A stretch of 64,000 nt of DNA from a virus (Duplodnaviria; Caudoviricetes): positions 160,001 through 224,000 of IMG/VR virus record IMGVR_UViG_3300020576_005257; one strand, given 5' to 3'. The translations under genes and the position numbers were made by a program. Of the stretch, positions 41,425 through 50,273 are shown piece by piece. Numbering within the stretch: the stretch's first letter is position 1; each line of letters begins with the position of its first letter. Under the pieces are notes generated by a model. The model was not told the origin of the DNA, did not search any database, and saw only the letters and a list, made by a program, of their open reading frames with translations.

Positions 41425-42458
41425 AGGTCTTCTCCTAAACTTTTAGAGTAAAACTGAGTGACAAAGTTCCTATAATCATCAGTTTCCTGAATTTCTTTCC
41501 ACCAATTCTCGTTTTCTTTGTACCAATTGATGGTTTCTTTAAGTCCATCATCAAAATTTTTCTTAGCTTTCCAGCCTAATTCTGTTTCAATCTTATCAGT
41601 ACAGAGAGAATACCTCATATCGTGGGCATTTTTTCTCGGATCTTCAATGTATTTAATCAAATCCTCCCCCTTTTCAGTCTCAGCAAGAAGAATTTGTACA
41701 ATTTCCATATTGTTCCTTTCATTTACATCACCAATATTGTAAATTTCCCCAATTTTCCCTCTCTCCAAAACTGAAAGTACACCTTCTGCGTGATCTTCAG
41801 CATGAATCCATTCTCTTACAGCCGATCCATTACCATAAACAGGAATTTTTTTGTTTTCTAGAAGCCTGGTAAGGAAAAAAGGAATCAGTTTTTCTGGGTA
41901 TTGGTTAGGACCATAGGTGTTTCCCCCTCTCGTAATACAAACAGGGGTCCCAAATGTATTATGGTGGGCTAGTGCGATTAATTCACCCCCAGCCTTAGCT
42001 GCTGAGTAAGGAGTATTAGGATGAATAGGATCAGTTTCCTTAAAACTACCGTTCTTAATACTACCATATGATTCATCAGTAGATACATGAACTAGCTTCT
42101 TAACAGAAAATTTATTGGCTAAATCACAAAGAACTCCAACTCCTTCCACATTTGTCTCAATAAAAGATGTAGGATTAGTTAGTGATCTATCATTATGGGT
42201 CTCAGCCGCAAAGTTTACAATATAATCAGGAACTTCTTTTTCAAACCAGGAAGATAAAAGAATTCTATCTTGAATTAATCCTTTTACCAAAGGAATATTT
42301 GGAGGTAAGTTATGAGGATTACCAGCATAGGTAAGGGCATCATAAACAACAATGCTGGCTTCTGGATACTTTTGTTTAACTAACTTAGCAAAAGTAGAAC
42401 CAATGAAACCAGCACCACCGCAAACCAATATAGAAGATTTAGTTAAATCTACTTTCAT
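41421..42458 (-). CDS. rfbB: dTDP-glucose 4,6-dehydratase
   Basis: GGAGFIGS, LTYAGN, AAETHNDRS, STDE, YSAAK, YPEKLIP; start moved to 42458 because the upstream part is tRNA. Confidence 0.95.
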   Translation of the reverse strand: MKVDLTKSSILVCGGAGFIGSTFAKLVKQKYPEASIVVYDALTYAGNPHNLPPNIPLVKGLIQDRILLSSWFEKEVPDYIVNFAAETHNDRSLTNPTSFIETNVEGVGVLCDLANKFSVKKLVHVSTDESYGSIKNGSFKETDPIHPNTPYSAAKAGGELIALAHHNTFGTPVCITRGGNTYGPNQYPEKLIPFFLTRLLENKKIPVYGNGSAVREWIHAEDHAEGVLSVLERGKIGEIYNIGDVNERNNMEIVQILLAETEKGEDLIKYIEDPRKNAHDMRYSLCTDKIETELGWKAKKNFDDGLKETINWYKENENWWKEIQETDDYRNFVTQFYSKSLGEDL

Positions 42459-42472
42459 TACAGAAGTAGTGT

Positions 42473-42549
42473 TGGAGGACCAAGAGGGAATCGAACCCCC
42501 GAAAATCACCAGGTTGCAACTGGTTGCCTTACCATTTGGCTATTGGTCC
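42473..42549 (-). tRNA. tRNA-Cys(GCA)
   Basis: GGACCAA/TTGGTCC acceptor, ACCAG-TTGCAAC-CTGGT, U73, encoded CCA. Confidence 0.9.
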
Positions 42550-42557
42550 CATTAAAA

Positions 42558-42643
42558 TGGAGGAAGACCGAGGAATCGAACCCCAACCCTTGTAGGTCGT
42601 TCTGTTTTCAAGACAGCCCCCAGCCCAGCCAGGGTGATCTTCC
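42558..42643 (-). tRNA. tRNA-Ser(TGA), atypical
   Basis: Loop CTTGAAA, long variable arm, GGTTCGATTCC, encoded CCA. Confidence 0.8.
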
Positions 42644-42651
42644 TTAAATCA

Positions 42652-43153
42652 TGGTGATAGCTGTAGGATTCGAACCTACGCGCTTTTTACAGACTAAGAT
42701 TCCCAAAAATCTAAAGAACCAACAATGAGTTTATATTTCTCTTTATCTTTTCCTAAAGATATTGCAGTAGAACCACATATTGATGAAGGTAATAAATATG
42801 TCTCCCCTTCATTTGTTAGAACAAAAACAAAATCTACAAATGATGGATCGAATTTCTTAATGGTAGATCTAGATTTATTTCCACCACAGACTTTTAAACA
42901 AACTACAAAAATATCGTATCTAGGTTTTGATGTTGTAGTTTTTACTTGAATTTTTTTTAATCCATTCAAGTCAACTACTAAGTCATAATCTTGGCTATCT
43001 GTTAAGGGAATACAGACAGTCAAACCCTTAGAAGTAAAATAACTAATCGCACTACCAAGACCGACATCCCCTTGTTTTTTACTGTTTTGTTGGGTTAGCA
43101 TATTAGATAGTGTTGTCAAAGCCTCGTGCAATCGTCCACTCTGCCAAACTATC
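42652..43153 (-). tRNA. Split class-II-like tRNA with a ~410-nt insert; identity uncertain
   Basis: 5' part 43153-43115 (GATAGTT, D arm, CGAGG-CTTTGAC); 3' part 42701-42652 (T arm, AGCTATC-A-CCA); acceptor strands pair. Confidence 0.7.
42694..43101 (-). CDS. PD-(D/E)XK homing-type endonuclease (I-Ssp6803I-like) inside the tRNA
   Basis: KQGDVG..YDLVVD..KIQVKT..VDFVFV. Confidence 0.85.
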   Translation of the reverse strand: MLTQQNSKKQGDVGLGSAISYFTSKGLTVCIPLTDSQDYDLVVDLNGLKKIQVKTTTSKPRYDIFVVCLKVCGGNKSRSTIKKFDPSFVDFVFVLTNEGETYLLPSSICGSTAISLGKDKEKYKLIVGSLDFWES

Positions 43154-43165
43154 ACTTAAAATTAC

Positions 43166-43813
43166 TTAAACAGTGTCGTGTGTTCTACCAATATTTGCAG
43201 TCACAAGATCCTGATCTACAGCATCCACTTCCTCTGAGTTATCCAAATCTGCATACCTTCCAGCAGTACTCCAAGTAGGATCACTAGGAGTAGCACCAAG
43301 TACACTGATTGCATAATCTACGTCAGCAGCATCAACTACACCATCACCATTACAATCACCAGTATAGATAGTTGTAGTCACAGGTGTAGCAGTTCCAGTT
43401 TTAGTAAAAACCACATTTCTAACTACTCGATTCAATCTTGGCCTACCAGCTTTAATTAGAACAGAATAAGTGCCCACAGGCAAACCAGTAATTGAAGAAG
43501 AATAAACTTCACCCATATCAACTGAAACATTTTTAGTATTACAAAGCTTACCTTGTTTCCAGAATTCAAAAGTTACAGTAATCGGGCTTTGTACGGCAGC
43601 ATCAGCAAAAGTGAGTGTACCACCAAATGTTTTAGCTGGTGTTAGTTGTCCTGTAGTACTAAAAGTAATAGAGTCAGCAGGTAGTAATAGTTCAGGAAGC
43701 TGTGTATCCCCTTCCCCAAACGTATCAAATGAACGTCCAAGTGTTACATCATAAGGAATACCATCATCACTGATAATAAGGCCTGGCGTAATCATACCAT
43801 CTTGATTAATCAT
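43166..43813 (-). CDS. Dockerin-like (paired Ca-binding loop) protein
   Basis: GDCNGDGVVDAAD and ADLDNSEEVDAVD. Confidence 0.8.
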   Translation of the reverse strand: MINQDGMITPGLIISDDGIPYDVTLGRSFDTFGEGDTQLPELLLPADSITFSTTGQLTPAKTFGGTLTFADAAVQSPITVTFEFWKQGKLCNTKNVSVDMGEVYSSSITGLPVGTYSVLIKAGRPRLNRVVRNVVFTKTGTATPVTTTIYTGDCNGDGVVDAADVDYAISVLGATPSDPTWSTAGRYADLDNSEEVDAVDQDLVTANIGRTHDTV

Positions 43814-44067
43814 TAAAATTGCTCCCTTGCTGCTCTAAGAACATCCTCAGTCATAGTAGCCTTAGCAGTGGCACCAGGGTACCTAGTAAGAACTGTACCA
43901 GATGCAGAAAGACCAGAGGTATCAGCTATAGTGACACCAGTAACACCTAAACTAAAAACAGAATTAGCAAACTCTGAGAAAGGTCCAGGTAAAGTGGGGT
44001 TATCTAAAGCTAGGTTAATAAATGTACCTAAGCTTGTTTCAGTTAATCGTTTCCCAGAAAGTATCAT
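43813..44067 (-). CDS. Hypothetical protein
   Basis: AGGAG upstream; coupled to the next ORF. Confidence 0.6.
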   Translation of the reverse strand: MILSGKRLTETSLGTFINLALDNPTLPGPFSEFANSVFSLGVTGVTIADTSGLSASGTVLTRYPGATAKATMTEDVLRAAREQF

Positions 44068-44104
44068 AATGATAGGTGTCTCCTATCCTATAATAGAGGA
44101 AAAA

Positions 44105-44302
44105 TTAAGAATACTTTTTATGTTGTGAGTTTCTAGTGGGGGTTGGATGGATTTTCATGTGTCGATAATGTCTAACTATCAAAAAGAATAAAATGGCTCC
44201 TGTTAAAAGTTTGATAGCTAAAATAATATCATACTGAAAAAATAAAATAGATGCAAACAATAAAGCCATCAATTCGAAGTAGGGATAAGATGGTTTATTC
44301 AT
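44105..44302 (-). CDS. Small membrane protein
   Basis: Two hydrophobic segments. Confidence 0.5.
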   Translation of the reverse strand: MNKPSYPYFELMALLFASILFFQYDIILAIKLLTGAILFFLIVRHYRHMKIHPTPTRNSQHKKYS

Positions 44303-44394
44303 AGACTAAGCCTCTCATTAAGAATAGAGGAAAAAATAATAAAAGAATAATAAAAAAAGAAGCAGATGGCTAGTCTACTTCTTTACATTTAAAT

Positions 44395-44870
44395 TCAGCT
44401 TCGCAACATCATGGCTAGGCCTCCTAGGTAATTTCGGGGACCACGTTATCAACGGAGTCCGTGCTGCTTCTACACATGGCAGACCAGCTTATTAATTTCA
44501 GAGTTGTCGTTAATTCGACTCAATTCCACATTTGGGAAGCCAACCCACCCTATTTTCAGGAATTGTATTAGGGCCACTCGCCTGTATACAGGCCACTCCG
44601 AAACTAAACTTAAAATAAGAACCTTTTCTGGTTCCTACAGCGAAAGTAGCAGATTGTGTCGCTAAGGACACCGCCGTCTACCGGGTTATTCTTCCCCACT
44701 AATCTACCCATTTATCAAGAAAATATCAAAAACTAATAAATGAAAAATCTACGTACTAAACGTAAACCTCCGACTTCGCAGGGAAAACTGATATACACAG
44801 GGAGGGCGGGTCGCGTCGGGCGGCCCGTGGCTTAGCAACTAAAGGAAGAAGCCCCCTCCCATGTGTGCGG
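44395..44870. ncRNA. Cluster of four candidate structured RNA modules
   Basis: ORF-free, GC-enriched, nested stems. Confidence 0.5.
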
Positions 44871-45060
44871 TATGTTCTACTAACTCTATTAATTTTTCTC
44901 CCCACTCAAATAAGAGTTACTCAGAGTAGAACTAAATTGATTTATTCGTACTATACCAAACGATCTATTAAGTTTTCAATTTACTAATCACTATACTAGA
45001 CGCATTTAGTGTCTAAAAAGTTTCAACAATTTTATATAGAGGGGAAAAATTTATTAAATT

Positions 45061-45339
45061 TTACTCTTTATATCCCATATGGAAGTCTAAAGCTTCAACT
45101 TGATCCCAGAAAATGGCTTGGTATCCACCTTCTCGATCAGTATAAATAATATGAGACTCGTCCACGTATCCACTGTCACCCAAATGTATTGAGTGAATAA
45201 CACCAGAAGCCAATTTTACTTGTGCTTCACCATGATTAGTTAAAATACTCAGAAACACCAGAGCCTTAGAGTTATTAACTTCTTCTCCCAAGAGTTCCTT
45301 GAAAGGTTTAAGCGTTGATTTTAATCCATTATTTGCCAT
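45061..45339 (-). CDS. Hypothetical protein
   Basis: 92-aa ORF. Confidence 0.65.
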   Translation of the reverse strand: MANNGLKSTLKPFKELLGEEVNNSKALVFLSILTNHGEAQVKLASGVIHSIHLGDSGYVDESHIIYTDREGGYQAIFWDQVEALDFHMGYKE

Positions 45340-45345
45340 TTTATT

Positions 45346-46110
45346 TTATTCCTCATCCTCACACAATCTAAACCACATAACTGTATCGTCAGTCTTAGTG
45401 TAAAATCTATCATAAATGTAACTAAGATCATCCACCAATCCTTCCTCTCCTCCAGTTAAATCAAAGTCAGTAATATTATCTGCATCTTCAATACAGAAAG
45501 TAACGTAACCATGCCCAGGCTCAGAGAAGAAATCCATCATCATAGAGGTAAAAGTAACGAGATCTTCCTCTGTCTTAATATATACAGCATCTTCTGGTGT
45601 TCCTTCTAAGTCTTCATGTAAATCCCAGTTATACTCTTCTACTGGATATTCAAGTTCTTGGTCCATTAATCCAGTTAACCCCTCTGGGTTAGAATTGACT
45701 GGAAATCTATTGCTGTAAGCTCTCTCTACGTTAGCTTTAATTGCTGCTGGGCAGTTATCTAGTCCAAAGAATCTCTCAAATTCTTCGCCCCCGTGGAAAC
45801 TAATAGTTTCTTCAATACTGGAGGAATTGACATGTCCTGTTAGCTTAAACTCCTTCATTCTTAATACAGGGTAATGGAATACTTCATATACATCTTTACC
45901 GTGATTAATTACTACCCATAATTTATATTTCAAACCATGTATCTTAGAGTCTTTATACACAGTATACAAATCAAATTGATCAGTCTTAAGAAAGCTTAGG
46001 ATAGGTTCATGAGGATTTAAAACAATCCCCTGTAAAAAATCCAACTGCTTAATAGGTTCATGCTCCAATTGTAGGTAAGTACTTACGTTTTCCGTTGTTG
46101 AGATTATCAT
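45346..46110 (-). CDS. Acidic hypothetical protein
   Basis: 254-aa ORF. Confidence 0.7.
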   Translation of the reverse strand: MIISTTENVSTYLQLEHEPIKQLDFLQGIVLNPHEPILSFLKTDQFDLYTVYKDSKIHGLKYKLWVVINHGKDVYEVFHYPVLRMKEFKLTGHVNSSSIEETISFHGGEEFERFFGLDNCPAAIKANVERAYSNRFPVNSNPEGLTGLMDQELEYPVEEYNWDLHEDLEGTPEDAVYIKTEEDLVTFTSMMMDFFSEPGHGYVTFCIEDADNITDFDLTGGEEGLVDDLSYIYDRFYTKTDDTVMWFRLCEDEE

Positions 46111-46202
46111 TCTTTATTTATTTCCGTAGTGTTGTTCTAGGTTTAAACCTGTATGGGGTACAGTGTGTTCCTTAGTATAGTTGTCCGTAGGCATCGTTAT
46201 GT

Positions 46203-46847
46203 TTAACCCACATTTTCTTCCAATATGTTATTTAAGTTGCTTGGGGTATGGATCCAAATTACATCAGTATGAATAGATTTAAAAATTTCTCTTGCTTTTA
46301 TATAATCTTTCTCTGAGAGTTCGTCACAAATGACGTATGCATAAGGATCCTTAATTGCAGTTATAAACTCTAGTTTTCTATCATTAATAGATAAAAAATC
46401 TAAATGTGTTTGCTTTCCAAAAAATTTCTGTAAATTTCTTTGTGTTGTCTTTCCCATACTTTGATTAGGACTCAAAACTAATATGGGCAGTAAGAACTGA
46501 TTGGCTAAGTATCCAGCAATCGTTGACTTACCAGACCTTCTCACCATTGTTATCTCATTCACTCTTGCCTTTCTATGTGAAATTAAAGATAACACAGTTT
46601 CTTGGGTCTCTGTCGGTTCTTTGCAAGATGGTTTATTAGTAATGTTTGCTAAACTTAATTTAAGGTGTAGATCATCAAAAGGAAAATTTATTGAAACCCA
46701 CCCAGGAATTCTAATTAGTGGAAATAGTTTGTTTAAATCTTCAAGCTTTATATAGGGGTCATTAAAACACATTCCACTAGATCTAGGAGTAAATGCTACA
46801 TGGTCTCTTTTGTTACTAAAAAGTTTTTTTAAGAAATTCTTTTTCAT
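46203..46847 (-). CDS. Short P-loop NTPase-like protein (terminase/helicase-like)
   Basis: RRSGKST and YVICDE. Confidence 0.6.
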   Translation of the reverse strand: MKKNFLKKLFSNKRDHVAFTPRSSGMCFNDPYIKLEDLNKLFPLIRIPGWVSINFPFDDLHLKLSLANITNKPSCKEPTETQETVLSLISHRKARVNEITMVRRSGKSTIAGYLANQFLLPILVLSPNQSMGKTTQRNLQKFFGKQTHLDFLSINDRKLEFITAIKDPYAYVICDELSEKDYIKAREIFKSIHTDVIWIHTPSNLNNILEENVG

Positions 46848-46940
46848 TCCTTATATAGTGTAACAACAGAATCGTACAGTAAACCCCTTCACCTTCTACA
46901 TGAAGGTGAACTTCGTTTCCATCCAAGTGTTACATCAAAA

Positions 46941-47399
46941 TCATTTTGAATGATTTTGTGCAGTTTGGGTTTTCCAACCCAAACTGACATCATTTGCTTT
47001 CCAGATTGGAAGCAAATTAGTATACAGAGTACAATCAAAAGGAGGATTCCCATAGACTAAAGCATCTACACAATCACCATGTACACATACTACAATAGCC
47101 TTATATACCTGGGGGTTTCTATTGATCTTCTTACCCTTATTGGAAATAGCCTTAGGAGGTTCATGTACCTCAATTTCAGCTCCAATAGATACTGCTGGAA
47201 TAGGGTTATCTAGGAGCATAGCAATTTCTTGCTCAGCTTCTAACAGTGTGTCAAATGATTTCATTTTACTGTTAGAGATTGCATCCCATACCTGATACTG
47301 CTTACTAAAGTAAGTAATATAGGGTTTGATATCATCTTTCTTTTTTTCCATAGAACTACCCTTTCCTGGGAAACCTATACACATGAGGTTTGTCTTCAA
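46941..47399 (-). CDS. Hypothetical protein, start uncertain
   Basis: ORF track. Confidence 0.55.
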   Translation of the reverse strand: MKTNLMCIGFPGKGSSMEKKKDDIKPYITYFSKQYQVWDAISNSKMKSFDTLLEAEQEIAMLLDNPIPAVSIGAEIEVHEPPKAISNKGKKINRNPQVYKAIVVCVHGDCVDALVYGNPPFDCTLYTNLLPIWKANDVSLGWKTQTAQNHSK

Positions 47400-47525
47400 T
47401 ACTGGAAATATACTATTCTACTTTTATTTATGGTCCTTAACCTAAAAAGTTTCATCTTCCAGATTTTGGTTTTATATTTTTTCTATGTACAGCAGAAATA
47501 GAGTAAAAGGGAAACTGGAAATTAT

Positions 47526-47710
47526 ACCCCCACCCCTTTTATATAAAGGTTTAACTATGCTCCTTCTTACTTGTGAATAGTAGGTCTTAGGTCCTAGACA
47601 AATAATAACCATTAAAACTTCACTGTTAGCTCATCAAAGATAAAATCATTACAAACTCATATATGTATATGAATGGGGGGTACCTACTATTTAAGACCCC
47701 CACCCCTTTT
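47526..47710. repeat. 15-nt direct repeat ACCCCCACCCCTTTT at the strand switch
   Basis: Copies at 47526-47540 and 47696-47710. Confidence 0.75.
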
Positions 47711-47797
47711 TCCAGGATTTGTGGTGATCGCCATTCATATTACATTCTTCAGAATTTACGGAGAGTTATGGATGCATCAAGCATTCGAAAGGTTAAC

Positions 47798-48028
47798 ATG
47801 AAAATCTCACCTATCGTTCTCATCATCACAGCATGTGTCATCATGGTCGGCTCTTGGACTATATTGAAACTTCAGTATCAGGTATACGAAAAGACTGCCT
47901 ACACAGAAGGCTACACACAAGCACTCAAGGACATCCGCTCGTCATTCAAAGGATCTGTCCCTGCTGAGGTGGAGTACAAAGGCAAAGCATTATTAGCTGG
48001 TGCTGATGCTACCAAACTCGCTCTCTAG
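47798..48028 (+). CDS. Small membrane-anchored protein
   Basis: MKISPIVLIITACVIM; start reassigned. Confidence 0.6.
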   Translation: MKISPIVLIITACVIMVGSWTILKLQYQVYEKTAYTEGYTQALKDIRSSFKGSVPAEVEYKGKALLAGADATKLAL

Positions 48029-48056
48029 TCTCTCGTCACACACATAGGTAACTACT

Positions 48057-48191
48057 ATGAAATTCGCTCGTAACAAAACCAAGTCTCGTAATGCTCGCCG
48101 CTACTACCGTGGTGAAACGACCGCTCGTAATCACAAGCCTATCCGCAAGGACAGACTTCACAACCACAACACAGGAGTCTGCACAGCATGA
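48057..48191 (+). CDS. 44-aa Arg/Lys-rich peptide
   Basis: MKFARNKTKSRNARRYYRG..; ATGA overlap with the next ORF; not in the ORF track. Confidence 0.5.
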   Translation: MKFARNKTKSRNARRYYRGETTARNHKPIRKDRLHNHNTGVCTA

Positions 48192-48394
48192 TGTCCTGGC
48201 TCTATGACCAAGCATCTCCAACTACATCCAACCTTTTAAAGGCTGGGTACACGTTGGCAGAAGTCAACAAAATCAGATGCAGTGAAGGTCGCACCTGTAC
48301 GGGGTGTAATCAACCCATTCACTGGTCTCGGTACAACGAAACGTTGTGTCCCAACTGTCTCTCTGAGGAATACGCACAGCAATGCTCGGCGTAG
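48188..48394 (+). CDS. Small zinc-ribbon protein
   Basis: CTGC..CPNC. Confidence 0.6.
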   Translation: MMSWLYDQASPTTSNLLKAGYTLAEVNKIRCSEGRTCTGCNQPIHWSRYNETLCPNCLSEEYAQQCSA

Positions 48395-48455
48395 CTCTCA
48401 TCGCCATCGGACTCCTCTTCGGAGGGGTCTACTACTCTTGTCTCGGTAAACACTC

Positions 48456-48713
48456 ATGAAAGTTCCCGCATTCTTCGGCTCAGCACTACGTGCTCCTTCC
48501 CACATCATCTCCACACTTGCTATCAAGCAACAGGAGATCAAGTCTCAACCAAGCCAAACAGCAATGGCTCTCGACCGCATGGAGAAACTCCAAGCAAGGG
48601 TCAACGAAACCAAGCTCACTCTGGATGAAGCCAAGGACGCAGTTACTCGTGCTCAACTGAGTTACGATACGGCTGTCCAAAACCTGGCTATCTTCCGGAA
48701 TTCGATCCGCTAA
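48456..48713 (+). CDS. Coiled-coil hypothetical protein
   Basis: Followed by a terminator. Confidence 0.65.
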   Translation: MKVPAFFGSALRAPSHIISTLAIKQQEIKSQPSQTAMALDRMEKLQARVNETKLTLDEAKDAVTRAQLSYDTAVQNLAIFRNSIR

Positions 48714-48719
48714 CAAAAT

Positions 48720-48760
48720 CCTACTACCTGGTACTAACTGGGTAGTAGGTAAAATTTTTT
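48720..48760 (+). terminator. Intrinsic terminator
   Basis: CCTACTACCTGGT/ACTGGGTAGTAGG followed by a T run. Confidence 0.65.
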
Positions 48761-48933
48761 CTCGTCCGACCGATATGTGGCATACCTCTCCGTAAAGGGG
48801 AGGATGGATGGTATGACCTACAAGCTGAAGCTACTCGCTTCGCTCGTCGGAGACCTGCGGTAGGTTGGGGGAGAGGGGAGTCTTGGACCTACCATTAGAC
48901 TCTCCCTTAGTCTAAAATCAATCATGGGTATTT

Positions 48934-49026
48934 ATGCAACTAATCCTGCTGTTCCTAATCTTCGTCGTCGTTCCGGCTTTACTGATCGGACTCGTCGTCC
49001 ATCTACTGGACAAATGGCAGATCTAG
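48934..49026 (+). CDS. 30-aa single-TM peptide
   Basis: MQLILLFLIFVVVPALLIGLVVHLLDKWQI; not in the ORF track. Confidence 0.55.
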   Translation: MQLILLFLIFVVVPALLIGLVVHLLDKWQI

Positions 49027-49688
49027 ATCTGCCAGGAGCCACCTTGTTCACCAAGGTTCCCCCGAAGGGGGTGGCTCGGGGCCACGAAGTGGCCCACATA
49101 AAGAACAGCACACTTGCTTTCTTTACTCTCTTATTCTATACAGGGAGTTTCTTTACTTCACCTATGGGTGAGTCAATTACTGCTCCTTCAGGAGATGTTA
49201 ATTGTTACTCATGGTCGAAAACCTCTGGTTTTCTAGACCTTTCCCATTCTGAGACTTCACTAAAAAATCCCTCTGTCTAAAATAATTTATTTGAGCCTAG
49301 GGGTCTATGTTAAGTCTCTCTCATGTAACCCTTAATAGCCCCCAATCCGGGGGGTGTTAATTGTTACAACACTTGAAAAAGTACCTTTTTCACCTAGTTT
49401 GACTCATCAACTAGGCTTTTTGCTCTCTCTGTACTAGTCTTCTGGTTTACCCATAGATCAATTACTCCTCCCATGGGGGGGATAAAAACAATGATCTCTT
49501 CCAGAATACAAGTACAAACTCTACCTATGTGCAACCTTTAGGTTGCACGAGAAAGAACTAACCACGTATGTGAGTTGGTAACTTCACTAAGTTAGCTTTC
49601 TTTCTCCCTACTGGAAATATAGACTTCATGTCTTGTTTCCCTCTACACACTCTATTCTATTCTCTCTCTTCTCTTTCTCCTTTCATCT

Positions 49689-50075
49689 ATGCCCCGTATC
49701 TACTGGGCTACCTATTCCAAACTCTCTCACAAAACTATGAAATACTCTGATCTCCGTCCTGGTGATACTCTCACCTATGCTACCTACGTCTCTCGTGTTG
49801 ATTACCTCGACATCCCCAAGTATTGGATGGAGTCTTCAACACTTCGAACTACCAACCTATGGGGTAGTATGGTCAGCACTACATATATTGAAGTTGCTGA
49901 TAACCTTCCTTCTGACATTCTCATGGTTCGTCGTAATGACAAACCAATCTATGTCAAGGGTCTACCTTATCCACTTCCCATTCCCAAACCTAAAGGTGAC
50001 ATCCGCAAACGGCTTGATGCTCACCGTGTCCTTAAGTCTTCTTCTACAAAGACAAAGGGATACTGGCATCTATGA
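49689..50075 (+). CDS. Hypothetical protein
   Basis: ORF with regional codon style. Confidence 0.6.
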   Translation: MPRIYWATYSKLSHKTMKYSDLRPGDTLTYATYVSRVDYLDIPKYWMESSTLRTTNLWGSMVSTTYIEVADNLPSDILMVRRNDKPIYVKGLPYPLPIPKPKGDIRKRLDAHRVLKSSSTKTKGYWHL

Positions 50076-50273
50076 AGTACTCTTCCAATTCTTTGGATTA
50101 GTCTTCAACAACATAGTGAAAAAAATCAACTATGGGTATATTTCAGACCCATAGCTTTTCACTATTTCTCATCCTTCCAGGTTGTGCATTACAAATGCTT
50201 CTACAACCACTCTCTCTAGGTCACGGAGGTACCTTTACTTGGGGCTAGGTTCCACTTAGCCCCACTCTCACTC

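Noticed and set aside
42686-42692. CTGTAAA as a tRNA-Tyr anticodon loop in the 3' tRNA half
   Set aside because: Flanks do not pair as an anticodon stem; it sits in the variable arm
48924-49280. 118-aa ORF in the track
   Set aside because: Runs through palindromic DNA; the overlapping 30-aa TM ORF is more credible
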